A DNA stretch of 64,000 nt from Candidatus Shapirobacteria bacterium (GTDB lineage: Bacteria > Patescibacteriota > Microgenomatia > UBA12405): positions 79,914 to 143,913 of the forward strand of contig JBAZTV010000003.1 of NCBI GenBank assembly GCA_041661765.1, written 5' to 3'. A program made the translations under genes and the position numbers. Numbering within the stretch: the stretch's first letter is position 1; every line of letters starts with the position of its first letter. A model generated the notes under the pieces. The model was given only the letters and a program-made list of their open reading frames with translations, made no database searches and had not been told where the DNA came from. Of the stretch, positions 57,913-64,000 are shown piece by piece.

Positions 57913-58592
57913 AAAAATTTCCTTTTATTAATTTCTTGTAAAATAATTTTATGTATTTCTTCTTTGGGCATTAATTTTCCACCACGACAACAATCTACCA
58001 ACACCCATCTTTTCGGTTCTTTTGTAACCATTTTTTTATACTCCTTAGCCGATTCCATTTGATGATTAAAATCTTCCTCTGCTGCATCCATTGCCTGTCC
58101 ATTAGTATAGTTTCTCTCCATTTTTTTTAAAATATTTTCCCTACAAATTGGTGGATCCACCAATAAAACCAAAACCAAGTCGGGTTTTTTAATTCCCATT
58201 TGATTGTAGCCAGCATCCCAAAGCCAATTAGCGTAAATTTCCCTTTCTTCTTCTGGTCTCTTGGCAATTTGATGAACATTCGAAGTAAAATATCGATTAG
58301 AAATTACTATTTCTCCCCTTTTCAACGCTGGCTCAATTATTTTTTTACTACCATCAGCTTCATCAAGAATATAAGGCAACACTGTTAAATAAGAACTTAT
58401 TTCCATTGGATTTCCAAATTCTTTCGACAACATTCTTCCCACATGTCTTCCCCAAAAACTCGTTTCATAATGAGGATAATCATCCACCACCACTTCTCTA
58501 TTTTCTTTTTTTAATCTTTCGACCAACAATTCTGTTTGCGTTTTTTTTCCCGCTCCATCAATTCCTTCAATTACAATAAACTTACCTTTCAT
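57909..58592 (-). CDS. tmk: thymidylate kinase
   Basis: GKFIVIEGIDGAGKKTQ P-loop; DRY-like region (NRYFTSN). Confidence 0.85.
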   Translation of the reverse strand: MKGKFIVIEGIDGAGKKTQTELLVERLKKENREVVVDDYPHYETSFWGRHVGRMLSKEFGNPMEISSYLTVLPYILDEADGSKKIIEPALKRGEIVISNRYFTSNVHQIAKRPEEEREIYANWLWDAGYNQMGIKKPDLVLVLLVDPPICRENILKKMERNYTNGQAMDAAEEDFNHQMESAKEYKKMVTKEPKRWVLVDCCRGGKLMPKEEIHKIILQEINKRKFL

Positions 58593-59302
58593 TCTTTTAA
58601 CCTTGCTCCTTTAATGGTTTTCCATAAACCACATGATAATTTCCCTTGGTCACAAATTTTTTCTGAAATACAAGGTGGTCCGGCACTTTCAAAAATGTTT
58701 GGCGCCACTTCTCTAACTAAATCCAACATCTGCTTAGCTACTTCTCTAATTTCCCATTGTGATCTAATGCAAGATCTAACACTTAAAAAGTGTAATAATT
58801 CTCTCGCATTCATACTCATCACCATTTTTATTTGAACTGATTGCGGTTGACAAAATCTGGCATCTTCAGCCTTAACCCCAGCGTCTGTTAATTCATTATA
58901 AAGTTCTTGGGAGTTATCTAAATGTTTTAAATATTTTTCATAAAGTTTTTTATCTTCCAATCCTTTAATTACTGGTGGCACCCTATAACCGGCATCTCCT
59001 CTTTTTACATATCGACCCGATTGAATCGAAAAAGATGCAATTCTGTGTCGAATCAAATGAATTTCCGTCACCCTGCTAACCCCATCAATTGAAAAAGTAA
59101 AAGTCGCGTGTTCCAACGTCGAAGTATGCCCTGATTCAATTACCTGTTTTATTAATTTATTTCTGACTTCTTCTGTTGTTTTCTCCTTAAGCTCTTCAGC
59201 CCCAACCGAACTATAACATTGTCTAATAGCTGCCACCACATTCTGCTCTGGATCAGCCGTATGGCTTAATAGTTTCACCTTTAATTGATCTTCTTTAGCC
59301 AT
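58589..59302 (-). CDS. thyX: FAD-dependent thymidylate synthase ThyX
   Basis: ThyX motif RHRIASFSIQSGRY (RHRxxSxxxxSxR). Confidence 0.85.
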   Translation of the reverse strand: MAKEDQLKVKLLSHTADPEQNVVAAIRQCYSSVGAEELKEKTTEEVRNKLIKQVIESGHTSTLEHATFTFSIDGVSRVTEIHLIRHRIASFSIQSGRYVKRGDAGYRVPPVIKGLEDKKLYEKYLKHLDNSQELYNELTDAGVKAEDARFCQPQSVQIKMVMSMNARELLHFLSVRSCIRSQWEIREVAKQMLDLVREVAPNIFESAGPPCISEKICDQGKLSCGLWKTIKGARLKE

Positions 59303-59429
59303 TTTTTGTAAAAAAATATAATCTAAGTCAGATTAAACCAACACCCCCTTTAAATCAATTAAACAAACCATATCAAAAAAAAATTTTGCGGTTTTTATTT
59401 AAAAATATTTATATTGCTATACTGTAATA

Positions 59430-59987
59430 GTGATAAAAACTATCCATCAACAAAAACATTATAACTACATTATGCTTTTCCTTGGTGTCGGTCTTGCCAT
59501 TTTGCTTTCCCAAAATCAACTATTCAATAAATTTGTCCTAAGTCTTGGCCAATATAGTTATATTAGTGCCATTATTGCCGGTGCCATGTTTGTCTGCACT
59601 TTCACTGTTGCCACCGGCGGACTAATTATTCTAACCTTAGCAAAAACACTTAATCCAACAGAATTAATATTTTTTGGCATGGTCGGTGCTGTTATTTTTG
59701 ATATGTTTGTTTTTAAATCTATTAAAAATACAGTTGATCAAAAAATTAAAGAAGTTTTTAAAAATCATCAATTTAGTTATTTTAAAAAAATACTCCACAC
59801 AAAATATTTTGCTTGGATGGAACCATTAATCGGTATTTTAGTTTTTATTTCTCCCCTACCTGACGAATTAGGCATCAGTTTATTAGGTCTATCAAAACTT
59901 AAAGCGTATCAATTTCTTTTTATTTCTATTCTTAACCATTCTATCGGTATGTCTTTCATCGTTTACGCAATTAAAATTATTAGCTAA
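59430..59987 (+). CDS. polytopic membrane protein, hypothetical
   Basis: Four to five TM helices. Confidence 0.4.
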   Translation: MIKTIHQQKHYNYIMLFLGVGLAILLSQNQLFNKFVLSLGQYSYISAIIAGAMFVCTFTVATGGLIILTLAKTLNPTELIFFGMVGAVIFDMFVFKSIKNTVDQKIKEVFKNHQFSYFKKILHTKYFAWMEPLIGILVFISPLPDELGISLLGLSKLKAYQFLFISILNHSIGMSFIVYAIKIIS

Positions 59988-60713
59988 TTATTTAAATTCA
60001 AAAGTTACAGTTAATGTTTTTGAAATAGTTGAAGTTCCAGGACTTAATTCCGCCCCACCATCACCAGAAGATAAAGTTTTATAAATTGGAGAATAATTAC
60101 CGCTACCACCTTCAACCACATTAATCACTTTACCTAATTTTCTTCCGCTAGAGTTGGCAATTAACCCTGCCTTTTCTTTAGCATCAGCCATAGCACTATT
60201 ATACAAAGTCTTTTCCGTATCAGTAGTATTTTCAATCCTAAAACTTGGACCATAAATATTATTCGCTCCGCTTTTATTTAATAGATCCATTAAAGCATTT
60301 GCTTTCGACATATCTCTTAAAGTAATCTCTATTGTACTATTCACCACCCATTGATTATTTTTTGATTTATCTGTCTCCTGTTGTTCATAAACATTCACAT
60401 TTTGTGTTTGAATATCTCCCTCAACAATTCCAAAATCTTTAATTGAAATTGTCAATTCCTTAACTCTTTTGTTAACTTCATCAACTGCTTCTTCCTTTTT
60501 TTCTTTAATTACATTCACTCCGACACTAAAACTAGCCACTTCGTTTGCCTGTTTTGTCTCTGACTCTCCCATTACTACCACTGTTTCCTCCTGAAATTTT
60601 ATTTTTCCCCAACTAATATTTTTCCAAGGCAACACAAACGCTGCAATTATAATCAAAACCAAAACCACAATTCCTTTATTTTCTGTATGTTTTTTCATAA
60701 ACAATTTTAACAT
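59988..60713 (-). CDS. SIMPL/DUF541-family periplasmic protein (26-kDa immunogenic-protein-like)
   Basis: N-terminal anchor, then ...KAGLIANSSGRKLGKVINVVEGG...SPGTSTISKTLTVTFEFK, the typical DUF541 C-terminus. Confidence 0.6.
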   Translation of the reverse strand: MLKLFMKKHTENKGIVVLVLIIIAAFVLPWKNISWGKIKFQEETVVVMGESETKQANEVASFSVGVNVIKEKKEEAVDEVNKRVKELTISIKDFGIVEGDIQTQNVNVYEQQETDKSKNNQWVVNSTIEITLRDMSKANALMDLLNKSGANNIYGPSFRIENTTDTEKTLYNSAMADAKEKAGLIANSSGRKLGKVINVVEGGSGNYSPIYKTLSSGDGGAELSPGTSTISKTLTVTFEFK

Positions 60714-60729
60714 TAAAAATTATTCTTTT

Positions 60730-60760
60730 AGTAGAGACGCGCCGTCGGCGCGTCTCTACT
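60730..60760. repeat. 31-bp perfect palindrome of the TAGAGACG...CGTCTCTA family (likely bidirectional terminator for 60812..61657)
   Basis: agtagagacgcgccg-t-cggcgcgtctctact (15-bp arms). Confidence 0.8.
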
Positions 60761-60811
60761 TTATATCAAAGTAAATAAATCAAACCACATCATTTTATAT
60801 ATCAAAATATA

Positions 60812-61657
60812 TCATTTACATAAAGGGCATTTATCGCCAGAATAATAACAATCACATTTTTCACAATGTTTCAAATTATCAGTATTTTCTAAACTATAAA
60901 CCAACTCTCCATTAGCGCCTACTGAAACAACTATTCCAATTTCACTATTTCCATTATTCCAAGAACTTCCATGTCCTCCTTCAGCGTTAATTTCATTCCC
61001 CATTCTTGCCATAATACTTTCAAACAAATAATTATCACCACCTGCCTCTTCCATCGCCAATCGAACATCTTTTTCCATTTTTATTTTATTCTCGACATCT
61101 TCTCCATTTTCAATAAAGTCCCAAATATCCATAAACTCAGGCATTAATTTTTTACATTCCTGTATCCAATCATCAATTTCTTCAATCCTAAATCCTATCG
61201 GTTGTTGCCTTACGCTTTCTTTATTATTAATTGAATTTATAGATTTTCCATTATTATTTAACAATCTTTTAACCAATTCAAACGATTCATTTTCATCACA
61301 AAGCAAAGGCATGTGTTTTCCATAAAGTGCCCACTCGTTTTTTCCAAAAACAGGGAATTCTATGTTTAATCTACCTTCTTTATATACTTCTCCTCCATCA
61401 TCAGGGCTTATCCAAACCACCAGGTTGTATCCTGCTTTACCTAAAGCAAAAACGTTAAGTGTTGCTTCTTTTTCTTCTTCAGAATGTCCATTATATTCCC
61501 AATTATCTTTTTCTATATTATTTTCTGAATAAAGATCTGAAATATTTATTCTATTTCTCAAATCTAAATCATTAGCTCTCTCTTCTAAAAACGCCCCCGC
61601 AATTTCACCTAGAGAATTTTGATTAATATCGTAAAACTTTTTATTTTCTAAATTCAT
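60812..61657 (-). CDS. hypothetical protein with C-terminal CxxC..CxxC zinc ribbon
   Basis: CEKCDCYYSGDKCPLCK at the C-terminus. Confidence 0.4.
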   Translation of the reverse strand: MNLENKKFYDINQNSLGEIAGAFLEERANDLDLRNRINISDLYSENNIEKDNWEYNGHSEEEKEATLNVFALGKAGYNLVVWISPDDGGEVYKEGRLNIEFPVFGKNEWALYGKHMPLLCDENESFELVKRLLNNNGKSINSINNKESVRQQPIGFRIEEIDDWIQECKKLMPEFMDIWDFIENGEDVENKIKMEKDVRLAMEEAGGDNYLFESIMARMGNEINAEGGHGSSWNNGNSEIGIVVSVGANGELVYSLENTDNLKHCEKCDCYYSGDKCPLCK

Positions 61658-61740
61658 ATTACTTTTGCTCGAAAGTTTTGGTTATCCGGCTTTACGGTTG
61701 CGGCACAGCCTAGGAATTTCACCTAGTTCCCCATTAATAA

Positions 61741-62163
61741 TTATTGTTTATTTTGTTTTACTGCTTCTAAAAATAAATAATCAGAAAGTCTATTAAAATA
61801 GACCAACATTTTTTTGTCAATTTTTTGCTCCCTATTCAAAGAAACCATTCGTCTTTCCACTCTTCTACAAACAGTCCTCGCCCAATTTAATTTCAATGCC
61901 TTTTTGCTTTTAAATTTCAAAAATTTATTTAAATTAAAATCTTTATCTATTTTTAAATGATCAATCTTAAATTTAACTCCACCTCCCAACTCACCCATTA
62001 TCCCACTTAAATCATCAACAATTTTTTTTTCCACTCCAATTAACTCCAAAATTGATTGCAATTCATCAATCGAACCCACTACTTCAACCAACAAATCATC
62101 CTTGTCGATTCGTTGGTTTCCGCAAGTCGTCTGCCCTTTGTCTCCAGTTTTAGTTGTTATCAT
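61741..62163 (-). CDS. PduO-type ATP:cob(I)alamin adenosyltransferase
   Basis: MITTKTGDKGQTT...VVGSIDEL..., the PduO/MMAB N-terminal signature; sits adjacent to the B12-dependent RNR. Confidence 0.7.
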   Translation of the reverse strand: MITTKTGDKGQTTCGNQRIDKDDLLVEVVGSIDELQSILELIGVEKKIVDDLSGIMGELGGGVKFKIDHLKIDKDFNLNKFLKFKSKKALKLNWARTVCRRVERRMVSLNREQKIDKKMLVYFNRLSDYLFLEAVKQNKQ

Positions 62164-62165
62164 AA

Positions 62166-64000
62166 TTAACTACACTTACTATAACCACAAAACTCATTTG
62201 TGCATTTAAAACATCCTTCTTCTGCTCGAAGTGGACTGCCACAATCCGGACAAGAAATTACTTTACTTTCCAAAACTGCTTGCTCAACCCTAATATTCTC
62301 CAATGCTACTACATTAATTGAATCTTTTTCACCAGCAAACATATTTAATTGCTCTCCCCGAGAAATTTCCAAAAGAGATTTTCCAACTGCATCAAACATA
62401 CTCAAAACTGTTCCGTTTCCTAAACCAATTTTTTGGCCACATGAAATTCCAACTAAATTATCAGCAATTTCATCCAAACTCGCCCCATATTTCAATGACA
62501 ATGAAGCTAATCGTCCAATTGCCTCGGCCGCTCCAGCCGTAAATCCACCACTCTTACCCAAAGTCACAAATACTTCCACTGGACCATCGCCCGCTTCATA
62601 AAAAATTGAAGTATAAACACTTCCCAAATCACACTTCTTTTTAAGCCTTAATCCTTGAGCCATAATTGGAGTACTTTTCTTTTTTGGCAACACTTTTTCC
62701 TCGCCCGACAAAGCTTCGGCGACGGCGGGTTTAGCCTTAACTTTTTGCATTGGCTCAAACGATCTTGAACCACTTCTATAAATAGTAATACCTTTAGTTC
62801 CCAAAGAATAAGACTCCAAATAAGCCCTTCTCACATCATTAACTGTCGCTTCTTCCGGCAAATTGATTGTCTTAGAAACTGCATTATCAGTATATTTTTG
62901 AAAAGCCGCCTGAACTCTAATATGCCATTCCGGTTTAATTTCCAAAGCCGTCACAAAAACCGACTTTAAATCTTCAGGAAGTTCTTCTACTCCTTTTAAA
63001 ATTCCACCATTTTTAACAATTTTTTCAATCAATTCTTCAGAATAAATCCCTCTCCTTTTTAATTCCCCAACCAAAGTCGGGTTAACATTGTAAAGAGTTT
63101 TTCCTTCAACTGTATTTTTTTGATAACCCAAAGAAAAAATTGGTTCAATCCCTGAGCTAGTATCCGCCAACATACTAATTGTTCCCGTTGGAGCAATTGT
63201 TGTTAATGCCATATTCCTTGGTTTATAGTCAGTGTTAGCAAAAATACTCACATCCCATAAAGGAAAAGTTCCTCTGGTTTTTGCTAATTCGCAAGTCGCC
63301 TCTCTGGCCGATTCAGTCACAAATTTCATTATCTTTTCTGCCCAGGCAATTCCCTCTTCAGAATCATATCTCACTCCCAATTTAAACAATGCATCAGCAA
63401 ACCCCATAACTCCCACCCCAATTCTTCTAGTATTACTTACCATATCTCTAATTTTTTGAACTGGAAATTCATTAACCTCCACCACATTATCCAAAAAATG
63501 AACTCCAATTCTAACTGTCTCTTTCAACTCTGTCCAATTCAAATCTTTTCCATTTACAAATCTTGCCAAATTAACACTACCCAAATTACATGCATCATAA
63601 GGCAAAAGTGGTTGTTCTCCGCATGGATTAGTTGCTTCAATTCGACCAATACTTGGCACTGGGTTTGAAGTCGAATCATTCATCCTATCAATAAAAACTA
63701 AACCTGGATCACCAAATTGCCATGCTAATCTAGTAATTAAATTAAACACTTTGTAAGCATTTAATTTCATTGTTACCTCATTAGTTCTGGGATTGATCAA
63801 TTCATATCCCTCACCAGTCTGATTCGCAGACGCCCAATCATATAATTTTTTCACCCCAATCTCTACATCTCTCAATCTTTGGTCAACATTTCTGTTTTGT
63901 TCAGCCAATCTTATTTCTTCAATTATCTCTTCTGGAACAGAATCATCAGTCACAAATTTTTTATCAACCTCGATTTTTTCCATAAAAGCATTAGTCACTG
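62166..64000 (-). CDS. nrdJ: class II (adenosylcobalamin-dependent) ribonucleotide reductase NrdJ, C-terminal ~610 aa; N-terminus runs off the right edge
   Basis: Active-site NPCGEQPLLPYDACNLGSVNL. C-terminal Zn ribbon CPDCGSPL...CFKCTNEFCGYSKC. Confidence 0.8.
   Translation of the reverse strand, partial: VTNAFMEKIEVDKKFVTDDSVPEEIIEEIRLAEQNRNVDQRLRDVEIGVKKLYDWASANQTGEGYELINPRTNEVTMKLNAYKVFNLITRLAWQFGDPGLVFIDRMNDSTSNPVPSIGRIEATNPCGEQPLLPYDACNLGSVNLARFVNGKDLNWTELKETVRIGVHFLDNVVEVNEFPVQKIRDMVSNTRRIGVGVMGFADALFKLGVRYDSEEGIAWAEKIMKFVTESAREATCELAKTRGTFPLWDVSIFANTDYKPRNMALTTIAPTGTISMLADTSSGIEPIFSLGYQKNTVEGKTLYNVNPTLVGELKRRGIYSEELIEKIVKNGGILKGVEELPEDLKSVFVTALEIKPEWHIRVQAAFQKYTDNAVSKTINLPEEATVNDVRRAYLESYSLGTKGITIYRSGSRSFEPMQKVKAKPAVAEALSGEEKVLPKKKSTPIMAQGLRLKKKCDLGSVYTSIFYEAGDGPVEVFVTLGKSGGFTAGAAEAIGRLASLSLKYGASLDEIADNLVGISCGQKIGLGNGTVLSMFDAVGKSLLEISRGEQLNMFAGEKDSINVVALENIRVEQAVLESKVISCPDCGSPLRAEEGCFKCTNEFCGYSKCS

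Overview
The window is 64 kb of AT-rich bacterial chromosome with many small secreted or membrane hypotheticals and no obvious Shine-Dalgarno for many genes. Gene content is reminiscent of a reduced-genome (CPR/Patescibacteria-like) lineage, but this is inference.

Layout:
- 1-10 kb is core housekeeping: topA fragment, mrdA, mreB, a Wzy/O-antigen-ligase-like gene with TPR, divergent def/fmt, L28, an M50 protease and a GT28 glycosyltransferase.
- 10.0-10.3 kb holds a tRNA-Thr/Thr/Ser cluster, immediately followed by an accessory island (about 10.5-29 kb).
- The island starts with a TIR-like plus caspase-like two-gene cassette.
- Next comes a phage-remnant block on the minus strand: large serine recombinase, TerL, TerS-like, and two paralogous DNA methyltransferases, one of them ParB-fused.
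- Then a 1416-aa Upf1/DNA2-like SF1 helicase with a C-terminal restriction-endonuclease-like domain, a complete Type III R-M pair (Mod+Res), and a DUF2779-like nuclease.
- 29-38 kb is mostly lineage-specific secreted/TM hypotheticals, plus a permuted, P-loop-degenerate FtsK-like protein.
- 38-64 kb is housekeeping: lexA operon, purC-like, malic enzyme, hpf, L33, dcd, tRNA-Trp/Ala, tandem galU paralogs, glyA, prs, tmk, thyX, a PduO-type adenosyltransferase and a class II RNR fragment.

Non-coding signals worth attention:
- A family of GC-rich palindromic hairpins that sit both intergenically (bidirectional terminators) and in-frame inside the Wzy/TPR gene.
- A candidate sRNA locus: a consensus TTGACA-17-TATAAT promoter, two tandem ~65-nt perfect-stem hairpins and an intrinsic terminator.
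- A 19-bp palindrome upstream of lexA.

All calls are made by eye from motifs; no database searches were possible.
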